Under the pieces are notes generated by a model that was not told the origin of the DNA, made no database searches, and was given only the letters and a program-made list of their open reading frames with translations. 64,000 bases of DNA, taken from contig NW_020843739.1 in assembly GCF_003704095.1 (NCBI RefSeq), positions 186,001 through 250,000 on the forward strand, read 5' to 3'. Origin of the DNA: Pocillopora damicornis (lineage: Eukaryota). Below, piece by piece: positions 1-10,846 of this stretch (positions are counted from its first letter, which is position 1; every line of letters begins with the position of its first letter). The translations under genes were made by a program, and so were the position numbers.

Positions 1-126
1 CCATTCAGTTTTCAAACCGCTAGAACGGCCGCCATTTTCGACGCAGTTGACGGAAAAGAAACTGGGCAGGAGTTGAACCTTTAACAACATGTGGTCAGCA
101 GTTTTACAGAAAAGAAAAAGATCATT

Positions 127-3100
127 ATGGCCGACGTTGGTTAAAATCTTGCAGTACAAGGCTTTTTCTGCAATGATTCCTAGGTGGAAACATTGTTTAC
201 AACCATATTTATTCTAATTATTTCTACATGGATAACTTCGATCGGAGATGGGGAGAAAGTGACCTGTCGTGATCTTATTATGGGCAGTATCCTATTCAAA
301 TGTAAAGTAAGAGTAAGCCTATTTACTACGTAGTTTTGAATAATACTGAAAAGCTTATTTCGGCTGGTATGTAGGTAAAATTGTAGGGAAGTCTGTTCGC
401 TGTTTATTCCTTGACGCTCTTAGATATTTTTGTCCAGAGCTTATAATCGATTCTTTGACGCAGGCGGCTGTTAGCTGCACGAAGAATCACACGGTCGAAG
501 GTAAGAATTAACTAGCTCTAAATACACAAAGTTCTTACTGTCTTTTAAACTTGCACACAATCCTATTCATTTCCTTCCACCATAGTGAAATGCAGGACTT
601 TGCCTGTCGAAAAAGATGGTCGAAATATCACTGAATGCATTCAAAACGTATCATGCCGTTATACGTAAGTCTTCCACGAGTGGATCTTATTTTTACAATA
701 ATACTATGCTTTAAAACAAAATTATTTATTGAAAAATCTTGCTGTTTCACTTTCAGCAATGACCACTCGTACGAAACCGTTCTTTTGTTATCAGTCTTCC
801 TTGGTATGTGTGGAATTGACAGATTTTATCTTGGATATCCTGCGATAGGTTAACTTTAATTGTAGTTGAGTGAAAGTCAGCCTTTAAAATGTATTTCTTA
901 ATATAGACAAGGGCACATTGGTGTAATTTTAGTTGATGACAATATTATTTTTTAAAATCTTTCAGGACTGTTAAAGTTTTGCACACTTGGTTTCTTCTTT
1001 GTATTTCATCTTGTAGATGTTATTTTGATTGCAACACAGGTAAATAATACAAGTGGCAGTTGATGTTAATAACCAATGGTAAACAATACAATGCAACTCA
1101 CTTCTGTGAATAATAACATTGCCTCTTCCCCACCCTCTCCCCCACATCCACTTTCTCCCAGGAGTGTAGATAGGTATTAGTGAACAGTCATAAAAACCTG
1201 GAACTGTTAGAGGTTGATTCGGTTTTTCTTTTTAAATAAATGATTATTTTTGGCTGAATAACTTCCAATTATGCTAAGAAATGGTGGGCGAGTATGACAA
1301 GAAGCAAACTTGATAAAGGTCCTAAAACCGATGAAGGGACTACAGTACCTCTTCAAAGTGAGGGGTATACAAGAAACAGAAAAACCATGAAACCTCAACA
1401 GCCTCAGTGAGAGTAATAAAGGGTCATAAAGATCTATTCTAAATTGAACCACAAAGTAAAATAATTTTATACTACAGAAAATGAAGGTTACTTTGCAACA
1501 AATGCTGATACAAAGATTGGAGAACAACAAAAGACAAACATCACTAAGAAACCAAAGAGGATATTGAAAGATATTAAAACAAAGAAAGGGTAACTAAGCA
1601 AACAAACAGAACTATTCTGTGATTATTGTTTATTGAAGTACAGGCGGCCCAAGCTCCAGCTGTGAGATGATCATCTTGTGCAATAACAGTCATGGTGGAA
1701 TTATAAGAGTTTGTATGGGAATATTTACGACCACTCTAAGGAATAAAAAAATACGTCAAATTCTCAAAAAAATACCTCACCTTACTTCCACAGCGTATTT
1801 CTTGTTATCTGACTGCTTACTTTGATGAAAAGAACGCATTTTAGCGAGTTGTCTCAGTTAAGAGGTTTCTAACAGCCCGTGTCCATATCAACCTTGACAC
1901 ACGACCGTTGAAAACTAGCCAGGTAACCTGGCCTCCTTTTAAAACTGAGCCTCGCCGGGGATCCCACTGTAACTAGGCACCCGTAGTGCTAAGACAATTT
2001 CTTCATGCTAAGTTACGGTGGGATTCCCGGCGAGGCTTAGTTTAAAGAGGAGGCAAGGTTACCTAGCTGGTTTTCAACGGTCGTGTGTCAAGGTTGATGA
2101 GGACGCGGGCTGTTAGAAACCTCTAAACTGGAAATTTTTGAAGCAAACTGCTTAGGGTTAGGGTTGCACGGGGAAGATTGAGTTTGTAGTGAATTGAAAT
2201 GAAACTACAGTATACGTGCTTGGATTCTGCGTTGGATTTGTGGCCGCCCGGTCATTTTGCGCTGGAATTTTTCGCTCCTCAGATCGGGCGTTCGGAAATG
2301 GAGTGATCAGACTTGGGCAAGATGATCATCTCGCAGCTGGAGCTTAGGCCGCCTGTGATTGAAACTTCGTTTCTTTTACTTTCTTTCAGTTTTTTCTTTA
2401 TTTTAATTTCATGGATTTTAAAAGTTTGCAATGAAAACGAAAGCGCCAGTGGAAATTGATACAGCTTGTTATTTTTCTTAATGGAGTATGTTTCGTGTTA
2501 CATCTCAGCAAGTCACTCTTGGAAATTTCGCTATCGTGAGATCTATTAAGAACTTCCTTTGAGTTCCTCGCATCCATGGAACACGTCTGGACTTTCTTTC
2601 GGTTCTTGATCGATTGGAACCTCAAAGTATTTCTCGCCAAAATTTTCTATTAAATATTCCTCCCAGTCATTTTGCACAGGAAAGGTGAAACCTTCGAAAC
2701 TTATTCGTCTACGCGGGACCGCAGATCTGTTCATGTGAGGCGACACGAACATGTCAATCATGAGCCCATCATGCCAAGTACATCCGTAGGACATACAGAA
2801 TTTATAGCAACTATATCTATCTCGTAATCTTGGGTTCCAAGTTGCTTCGTAGATACCAACTATTTCATGCTTGTAGTAACCGCTTGGGTCATCCGGATTC
2901 AACGCTGGATCACTTATAGAGTTCTGAAAGAAAATATCTGGCGGTAAATCCTTTGCTGCGACTTGGAAAAATTTCACATATTCTTCCAAAGGCATTTCAA
3001 TATCTATGTCGTAGTCCCACGGAATAAATCCATGATGTCTTGCAGCACCAAGTAAAGTCCCGCCAAATATCCAGTAGTCAATGTTGTGTTTCTGCGCTAT

Positions 3101-6100
3101 GAGGTCAAAAATACGTAGCATTCTGGTCATGACGAGTTGTGCCTGTCGGTTGCGGAATTTTGCGTGGTTTCGAATATCAGGACATTGAATTGTACCGTTG
3201 ATCAAGTTACATTTTCCTCCCAATTCTGTGTACAACTCGGGGCACATTTCTCCCCAATCGAGTGCCACAAGACAGTGTTTTCCGAATCGATTACCATAGC
3301 ACGGATACACAATGTCTTCGCGATCGACAATCACAACACACTTATTTGTGGGGGAAAGTGTGAGCTTGGAATCAGTCTGTATTAAGGACATCATCAGAAG
3401 ACACATCGTAGCTACCAGAAAAATGAACACAAATAGAATCTTTCTGTGTCTCATTGCGAAAGTATGATGAGTTATGAAGTAAAATAATGAAATGTTCCTC
3501 ATATTCTACTTTCGCTCTGCTTACTTTGGTGACCGTTTTTTTTTTTAAATCTAAAATGACATGTACACCTTATTCCAAAATGGCCGCCAACCGGTAAAAG
3601 CTGGGGCGAGTGGCACGAAAACGAGGTCACAAGGGCCAAACCTAAGAGATTTTACAGTTTCTACTGAGAAGTTCTCAACAAACGTATTATTTAATAACGT
3701 ACCCTTCCGGTCAGGAAGAGAAAATATGGCAAATGCTTTATATGGACCCCGTTTACTAACCGAAGAAGATATTCTGGGAAGATTGCTTGCTGGAAGAAAG
3801 CCCTCAACACTGAAGAACTCTTAATTGCAGTTTTGGTTGCGTAAGTACTAAAACATCGAACGACCTAAAACCACCTGAAACCACCTAAAACCACCTACAA
3901 CCATCTACAACCACCTCAAAAATTTCAGCAACCACCTCAAAAACATCTACAGCCACTCGCAAACTATCGTCTAACTGTCGTAAACTTCTTCAGGGAGCTT
4001 TACAAGTTAACACTAAACGCCTATATTTATAAGCCATTGTTTACCGGGCAATTGCGGGGGGCCAATGACCATAAGGGCTTGGCTGGACCTACGACCAGGA
4101 ATAGGCAAAGTTGTGAAAATTTGAAAATCTATGTTGAAAATTTTTTAGGCAAGATGAGAGATATTTTTTGGGTGCCGCGGTTTTAGCTGAAATTTTTCAT
4201 ATTTGAAAAATTGAAGAAGTTTTTTTTACAGATGATGCCTGGAAAGCAGTTGGCAAATGAGGTTAGGATGGTTCGTGTACTTTAAAGAAAACGTGGTTTA
4301 CGTTCTACTCATTCTTTCTTAAATTTAAGTGGTGTAAATACCTCGTCTAAAACACTAGTGTGATACAATAGCACACGAGATATACTCGTTCCAATACAGC
4401 GTCATGTGATGAACAGCCTTCATTAATTTTAGAACAAGTTTCATAAAATCATTTTACTCTTTCTTATATAGCCGAAAACTGTTCGAAGACTGGTTGTGCC
4501 ATCACTGCAAACAGTCAGGGTACTTCAACATGATTCAGTGCGAGAGCTTCTGCCACTGATTTGACTGGTAAGACTTTTTTTTTTTTNNNNNNNNNNNNNN
4601 NNNNNNNNNNNNNNNNNNNNNNNNNNNNNNNNNNNNNNNNNNNNNNNNNNNNNNNNNNNNNNNNNNNNNNNNNNNNNNNNNNNNNNNNNNNNNNNNNNNN
4701 NNNNNNNNNNNNNNNNNNNNNNNNNNNNNNNNNNNNNNNNNNNNNNNNNNNNNNNNNNNNNNNNNNNNNNNNNNNNNNNNNNNNNNNNNNNNNNNNNNNN
4801 NNNNNNNNNNNNNNNNNNNNNNNNNNNNNNNNNNNNNNNNNNNNNNNNNNNNNNNNNNNNNNNNNNNNNNNNNNNNNNNNNNNNNNNNNNNNNNNNNNNN
4901 NNNNNNNNNNNNNNNNNNNNNNNNNNNNNNNNNNNNNNNNNNNNNNNNNNNNNNNNNNNNNNNNNNNNNNNNNNNNNNNNNNNNNNNNNNNNNNNNNNNN
5001 NNNNNNNNNNNNNNNNNNNNNNNNNNNNNNNNNNNNNNNNNNNNNNNNNNNNNNNNNNNNNNNNNNNNNNNNNNNNNNNNNNNNNNNNNNNNNNNNNNNN
5101 NNNNNNNNNNNNNNNNNNNNNNNNNNNNNNNNNNNNNNNNNNNNNNNNNNNNNNNNNNNNNNNNNNNNNNNNNNNNNNNNNNNNNNNNNNNNNNNNNNNN
5201 NNNNNNNNNNNNNNNNNNNNNNNNNNNNNNNNNNNNNNNNNNNNNNNNNNNNNNNNNNNNNNNNNNNNNNNNNNNNNNNNNNNNNNNNNNNNNNNNNNAC
5301 TAAATGAGTTTTGTCAGCGGAGCTTGGCAGCGGATGACTTTTTCATCGCCGGCATATCGCTGAACGACCTCGCTGTGCAAGATAGACTCTGCCCTCTCTT
5401 CGTTATGTAACTAGCCATTTCTTGTTTGACACATCGGCGTTTCCACATGGATATTTCATTGTTCCGACACGNNNNNNNNNNNNNNNNNNNNNNNNNNNNN
5501 NNNNNNNNNNNNNNNNNNNNNNNNNNNNNNNNNNNNNNNNNNNNNNNNNNNNNNNNNNNNNNNNNNNNNNNATGACCACTCGTACGAAACCGCTCTTTTG
5601 TTATCAGTCTTCCTTGGCATGTTTGGAATTGACAGATTTTATCTTGGATATCCTGCGATAGGTTAGCTTTAGTTGTAGTTGAGTGAAAGTCAGCCTTTAA
5701 AATGTATTTCTTAATATAGAAAAGGACACATTGGTGTAATCTTAGTTGATGACAATATTATTTTTTAAAATCTTTCAGGACTGTTAAAGTTTTGCACACT
5801 TGGTTTCTTCTTTGTATTTCATCTTGTAGATGTTATTTTGATTGCAACACAGGTAAATAATATGAGTGGCAGTTGATATTAATAACTAACAGTAAACAAT
5901 ACAATGCAATTCACTTCTGTGAAAAATAACATTGCCTCTTGCCCAACCTCTCCCCCACACCCACTTTCTCCCAGGATTGTAGATAGGTATACCGTATTAG
6001 TGAACAGTCACAGAAACCTATAACTGTCAGTGAAACCTGACAAATTACTGCAGAAGGGGGGGGGGAGGATGGTAACTTTTAATGGACTTGAAGCCCATCT

Positions 6101-6341
6101 GGGGGAGTAGTCAAGCTCTTTGATGTTATATTCTTAAGAAACTGGGATAATCTTCAGCAGATGTACAAGTCAATTTCCCCTCAAATTTACAATGTAAGAG
6201 GCATCTTAACAAATGTTTTTGTGTTTTGTTGCATAGGTCGTTGGCCCAGCTGATGGTTCAGCGTATATCATTGATTACTATGGCCCTCGCTTAGATCACA
6301 TATCCAGAAACTCAGATACATTTTACAAAACAGGAGGTTAA
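127..6341 (+). CDS. TM2D1: TM2 domain-containing protein 1-like. Exons approx. 127-135(?), 184-286, 424-500, 586-664, 757-848, 966-1039, 6237-6341; exons 4-5 also present at 5572-5661 and 5779-5852
   Basis: Spliced translation ...CRDLIMG[Q]YFCPELIIDSLTQAAVSCTKNHTVEVKC...SCRYTNDHSYETVLLLSVFLGMCGIDRFYLGYPAIGLLKFCTLGFF..VDVILIATQVVGPADGSAYIIDYYGPRL..* matches TM2D1 (DRFYLG TM2 motif, GPxDGSxYIIDYYG tail). GT-AG junctions are in phase except for a 1-nt deficit at the end of the exon at 286. The start exon is uncertain. Confidence 0.85.
287..423 (+). other. U12-type (minor spliceosome) GT-AG intron
   Basis: Donor GTATCCTAT at 287; branch site TTCCTTGAC at 407-415; AG at 422-423; no long polypyrimidine tract. 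Confidence 0.8.
1640..2356. mobile_element. Non-autonomous DNA transposon with ~40-bp terminal inverted repeats
   Basis: ACAGGCGGCCCAAGCTCCAGCTGTGAGATGATCATCTTG at 1640 is the near-perfect reverse complement of CAAGATGATCATCTCGCAGCTGGAGCTTAGGCCGCCTGT ending at 2356. No transposase ORF. Confidence 0.8.
1862..2123. mobile_element. Foldback MITE (PIF/Harbinger/Tourist-like) nested in the element above
   Basis: Inverted arms of ~120 bp (GAGGTTTCTAACAGCCCG...CGGGCTGTTAGAAACCTC) around a short loop, flanked on both sides by TAA (1859-1861, 2124-2126). Confidence 0.75.
2546..3502 (-). CDS. LicD/fukutin-family nucleotidyltransferase-fold phosphotransferase, type II membrane protein, intronless (318 aa)
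   Basis: Motif DYWIFGGTLLGAARHHGFIPWDYDID; downstream IDMF and FEGFTFPVQNDWEEYLIENFG; N-terminal hydrophobic anchor ILFVFIFLVATMCLLMMSLI. Confidence 0.9.
   Translation of the reverse strand: MRNISLFYFITHHTFAMRHRKILFVFIFLVATMCLLMMSLIQTDSKLTLSPTNKCVVIVDREDIVYPCYGNRFGKHCLVALDWGEMCPELYTELGGKCNLINGTIQCPDIRNHAKFRNRQAQLVMTRMLRIFDLIAQKHNIDYWIFGGTLLGAARHHGFIPWDYDIDIEMPLEEYVKFFQVAAKDLPPDIFFQNSISDPALNPDDPSGYYKHEIVGIYEATWNPRLRDRYSCYKFCMSYGCTWHDGLMIDMFVSPHMNRSAVPRRRISFEGFTFPVQNDWEEYLIENFGEKYFEVPIDQEPKESPDVFHGCEELKGSS
3860..3962. repeat. Degenerate ~10-bp tandem repeat (AACCACCTAA/AACCACCTAC-like)
   Basis: gacctaaaa ccacctgaaa ccacctaaaa ccacctacaa ccatctacaa ccacctcaaa ... Confidence 0.75.
4587..5298. 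other. Assembly gap (further gaps at 5472-5571, 10629-10728, 10857-11294, 42798-43047)
   Basis: Runs of N. Confidence 1.
5572..6030 (+). repeat. Second near-identical copy of TM2D1 exons 4-5 and flanking introns (copy 1 approx. 759-1207)
   Basis: Direct alignment of 759-1207 with 5572-6027 shows scattered substitutions (TVLL vs TALL, GMCG vs GMFG). Copy 2 starts at an N-gap. Confidence 0.9.
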
Positions 6342-7717
6342 AAAAAACCAATATGTCCTCCTTTGATTTCTAACTGTAAATATAAATGTAAAGTTCAGAC
6401 CTATGAACAGAAATGAAATAAAATGCAAGATTGTATTGTTTATATTATATATGTGCACTTATTATAGGTTTGTTACAAACCCTTCTTTTATGTCTTCAGT
6501 ATATTCATTTATTTTGTAGTCACAGCTGTACAAAGTCATAATGTAAATTGTAATTTGCCCGTTTTGTACGCTATTTGTAATATAATCTTAATAAAGCTTT
6601 TGGGAACAATTATTACAAGGCTGTTGCTACTCTGAAATCTTTGCATGTTTTTCCTTTCATAGCAGTTCTAATTTGGTACTTTATTCACGTGTATCAGATT
6701 ACACAACACGTGATAAAATTGCTCATTTTTGTCAAATTGTTTCTTTCCTCTTGTTGGTCAGCTAGTCAAAGGCTCATAATTTACGAACTTTTGTCGTGAT
6801 ATTCCAACATCCTGCTTGAATTATTACCTGGAAGTCCAGTAGATATAGTGTCAAGTTGTCTTTGGAGTCACTGCTATGATAAGTGACAGGTTTTGGTCTC
6901 TTCTAGGTTTTTTTTCTTATTTTTGTTATCTGCTGGCTAACCGATGGAAACGTTTAAACCATGAACCGAATCATTCGCTTTCTTTTTGTTTTCTTTGTTC
7001 TTGTGTAACTCTTCTTTTGATGTATTTCTTATCTAATGGAAAATCAAGTCCCGTGAAACGGGTGCGTAAAGGGAAGCAACGTAGGTAAGGAAGATAAGAG
7101 TATGTACTGTATCCACCGCACCTGTTGAACACGTCTTGGTAGCATCGTAGGGTTCAAGAGGCACAATTGGAAATGAAACTTTCGTTATTGTCGAAGGTTA
7201 ACCATGTTGCATATTTTGGTTTTTTTTTATTTGTAATTACTTTACAACATTCATCCACCTCTGATGAATGATTAGATTTGGGTGAGCAGGCCCTTATCGA
7301 TAACGCTACCAGACGCGCGTTTCTCCGTCTATGGGAAGATTTGAGACGGGTCGGGAAGAGGCTTTGCGGGGGCCTGATGCTAAAAACTATCGGTGCTAAC
7401 CTCGGCCCAGGCAGACTTCTGGCCAACTGGCGTCGCTCGAGGCCTCGTACTAGAAATCCTGCAGGTGAAGAAACATTCGTGGTGAAGTGCTGATACAGAG
7501 GGTGTGCTGGCTGACTTGTTTGACTGCTGAGTTACGCCCTTAGGTGACAAATTGTGATTCTGTCACCTTTGTAAAAATAATTTTCCTATATAAATCAAAT
7601 ATTCTTGTTATGTTCACACCGTTTAGAATAGAGATGATTACCCTCTGTCATTTTTTTTCGGTTTTTCATGTAAGAGTAAAATCGTGCAAATGGCATTGGA
7701 AACTACTGTAGTGAAGT

Positions 7718-9483
7718 ATGAGGCATTCTGTTGTTTCGTCAAATCGTGAAGTGCAAGTACTGATTTTAGGACATGAGTTAACTACGGCATTCATGTCATC
7801 TTTTATGTCTCAAAACCAAACATCATTCTCTTTTTCTGGGGTATTCTCGACAGCTTCTGTGCCACAGACAGAATTCGAACACGAGGGCTCCAAAATCGAT
7901 CACAGCTTCCATGACATTCCCTCAACAGATTCAAGCTGGTCGTCAAACACACTAAAAGCAAAATCACAAACAAAGTTAGAAGAAATCAACCCGTCCATGG
8001 CTTCATTGAGTCTCACAATGACTCCTTTTGGTGTACTGTTACCAGTTTGTCTCCTGGCAGTTTTTCTTTCATGTGTTGTTTGCGTCTACCACTGGCACGG
8101 CGTCAGAGAACGAAGATTAGACTTAGAAGACGAACGAAAGAGAAGAAGTCGGATCGTCTCAGATTTTGACGCTGGCTGTGGTTTGAGAACTTTCAAGCCT
8201 GCTGATAAGGTAAATACCAACCTCACTCTTTAAATTTTTTTGCGTAGACGATTGAATACTTTTTTAAACGTCAGTACCTGATATACTTTTCTTGCTAATT
8301 TATGTAAGTCAATCTCCTAACAGGTAAATAAAATATTAATTAATAATTTTGCGATCTTTTATGTAATATCTTTGATTAATAAATAGAGAAGGAGAGATTT
8401 CTGTACAACACGATTCTATTTAAAAGCAAAGCATTACTCCTAAAGACAAATTAGTTAAGGGGGTTAGTTTCTTTATCTGAACATCGTTATCATTGTCCTC
8501 CTCGTCACGTTCAGAAAGTTCGAATGTACCCATGGAAGTCCACAAGAATTCAAGACTTGCCTGACATCAATAACAACGATGGATTTGAGATTCCCTACTA
8601 TCTAGGTGCGAGCAGCAAAGCAGGCTGTTACCATGTTCACGGTCGCCGTCGTCCAGCAATGGGTCACATTTCAGAGCCTTACGAGAGGCCTGCATTGAAA
8701 AGGAACCTCATTCATAATAACACTACCGTATCCACTCGGGAGCTATCAGGTGACGTAAAAAATTCGTAAGAAGATAATTTAGTGTCATGAACTGAGCTGT
8801 CAGAGCGATTAGCGACGAAGGGCTAACGCTCGAAACGTTAGCCTTTAAACCATTTAAGGTGGCCAATTTACGTTTTCAACTCAGTTGATAACACTAAATT
8901 ACCCTTTTATACTCTCCCACCGACGCGGCACCACAGTTTTTATAGAGACTCACCCCCTTTAAACCCGTAAGGGACCTGTTATTATTTATCGCGGGGGGGA
9001 GGGGTTGGTCGGAGGATTTTGGTCTGTGTCACTTGAGAATTTAGCTGTTCCCACATAAGGTTCTCTATGATTCTTATAATCCTCCTAATTGGCAGTTGAT
9101 TTTCAGTATATTTTCTATGTTCCTCCCTCTGCGCTTTGTTGGCGACAGCTGATCCTCCCTCTGTTTCTCCGGAAAACCATGTTATACCCCCCTATTTTTT
9201 TCATTCAGTAGGCTTTATTATTTTAAGGCACGCCGCAAACCAATATCTGATCTCTCTTTCGTCAGAAACTGATTTCAGTTTAAAGCTCCCATCATCATGG
9301 TCTGCAGACACTCAAACCAATAGCTGCGTAGTGGCTTCCATAAAGAATGAAAAAACTGGATTGGATGATGACTGTTACGTCACTGGCATACGAGAAGAAG
9401 TTATTCGTTTGACGCACGTTGATCTGGAGGGACAAGTAGTGGTGCAAACAGTTAATGGTTCCTTGTTGGAATACTGGGTGTAA
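7718..9483 (+). CDS. Uncharacterised single-pass membrane protein. Exons approx. 7718-8209, 8515-8749, 9266-9483; 5' end uncertain
   Basis: Ser/Thr-rich segment, then TM helix FGVLLPVCLLAVFLSCVVCVYHW, then basic stop-transfer RERR. Donor AAG|GTAAAT (8209) joins acceptor TTCAG| (8514) in phase 0; donor CAG|GTGAC (8749) joins acceptor TTTCGTCAG| (9265) in phase 1; ends LLEYWV*. Confidence 0.6.
8800..8960 (+). mobile_element. Penelope-like element pLTR remnant with degenerate minimal hammerhead ribozyme (partial second copy approx. 13395-13490)
   Basis: CAGAGCGATTAGCGACGAAGGGCTAACGCTCGAAACGTTAGC resembles the CTGANGA..stem II..GAAAC-GTC core, followed by GGCCAATTTAC...CAACTCAGTTGATAA, which recurs at ~13407-13440. 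Confidence 0.55.
8968..9195. mobile_element. MITE fragment starting TAAGGGACC..ATTATTTATCG-polyG; matching opposite end seen at 43048-43088
   Basis: TAAGGGACCTGTTATTATTTATCGC at 8968 resembles the reverse complement of GCGATGAAGAATGACCGGTCCCTAA at 43064-43088. Confidence 0.5.
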
Positions 9484-10771
9484 AGTTAACAGCAAATAAT
9501 GTGACAATCCAGCCCTGATAAAAAAAAATGTGTGTTAATTAAATAAGGTTCATTTCAGGTTCCAACTAAAGCTTAGCTTATATATAAATTGTCGATGGTT
9601 GTTCAGTATTAAATTTTACCGCACAAGTCACCTCTGCTATCAGTTATTTCAATGGATATAGATTTTAATGAGCTTCACCTCACTGAACTTCAGCCTATGT
9701 GGGCTAAGCCTCCAAGATCAACATTGAAAAATATAGGTTCCTCACATATCACTTATGTCTAGAAATGCACGCAGTTACGTATACGAAAATGGCAGATTTA
9801 ACGAAATTTCATCAAACCTAATGAATATTTATGGCTTTGGCGATATTGGCGAATTTTAGTCGCATTCGTCAAAGCGAAATCAGCTTGGTGGACTTGAAGA
9901 TTTTAACAAATTTTCGCCATTTTCGCTACTGCATGCATTTCTGGACATATGTCTCACAACTATCTTCGAGGCAACAGGAAGAATAATAATCAAAATGCTG
10001 TAAGAGAAGAACGGAAAGAGGTAACTAAAATGGGCACAACATGAAAAAAAGAGAAGATCCTTAAAAATTTCGTAAACGTCTACTTAGTTTCCAAGGTAAC
10101 CCCCATGCAAAAATATGTACCATGAATCCGCAGGGATAGAGGGTAACCACGAACTTCTGAAAGCAATCCTTTTAACTCGTGAATTGCGCACATGCGCAAG
10201 AGCGAGTTGTATATATGATGTGGAGAGTGGCACTCGCTCGCTCGCTCGATTCCTGTAAACTTTTTTTCGATTTTAGGCTTTTGAGTGCATTTGATAGGTT
10301 TTTGCGAGTAATAAACAAACGAAATGGCGACCTTCGTTGCTAAGAATAGTGGTGGGGTGAAAAAGAAGCCAATGATAATTTTAAAAATAGTTTATTTTTG
10401 TTCGTTTTAGTTTCAACAAGCGGCGCCAGCGACTGGCAGGCGTGCGAGGATTCACACTGAAATACGAGAACAACCTTCGTTTTTCATAAAATTGTAATTT
10501 ACAATCCTTGAACTTGAAAACAATCCGAAGATTCGTTAAAAATATCACTTACTCTGAAGCGCTCGGAGTTTACCGGTGTTCAAAAGCTTTTTCTGTTATG
10601 GCGTGAGATTGGGGACAAAATCGATCATNNNNNNNNNNNNNNNNNNNNNNNNNNNNNNNNNNNNNNNNNNNNNNNNNNNNNNNNNNNNNNNNNNNNNNNN
10701 NNNNNNNNNNNNNNNNNNNNNNNNNNNNTGATAAAGAAACTCTGGCAATGTTCCGTGCTGAGCCGTACCCA

Positions 10772-10846
10772 ACGTGTAGCCGTACCCTCCCCTCCCCCTC
10801 ACCTTGAGGTAGGGGAAGTGGAAGGGTACGGCTACACGTAGGCTAC
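10772..10846. mobile_element. Short palindromic MITE
   Basis: ACGTGTAGCCGTACCCT ... AGGGTACGGCTACACGT inverted repeat. Confidence 0.65.

Noticed and set aside
260-286. In-frame TGA in the frame that joins TM2D1 exon 424, read as selenocysteine
   Set aside because: The adjacent frame encodes the conserved CxDL motif and signal peptide, so a 1-nt deletion is the simpler explanation; no SECIS recognised.
2546-3502. LicD ORF as bacterial contamination
   Set aside because: It is contiguous, without a gap, with spliced host exons and host-type MITEs, has similar composition, carries a eukaryote-type membrane anchor and has no operon context.
3860-3962. Short repeat array as CRISPR-like (also 47817-47930)
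   Set aside because: No unique spacers, degenerate tandem units, eukaryotic context, no cas genes.
4561-5661. ORFs consisting mostly of X (also 10596-10802, 42683-43147, 42785-43063)
   Set aside because: Artefacts of N-gaps.
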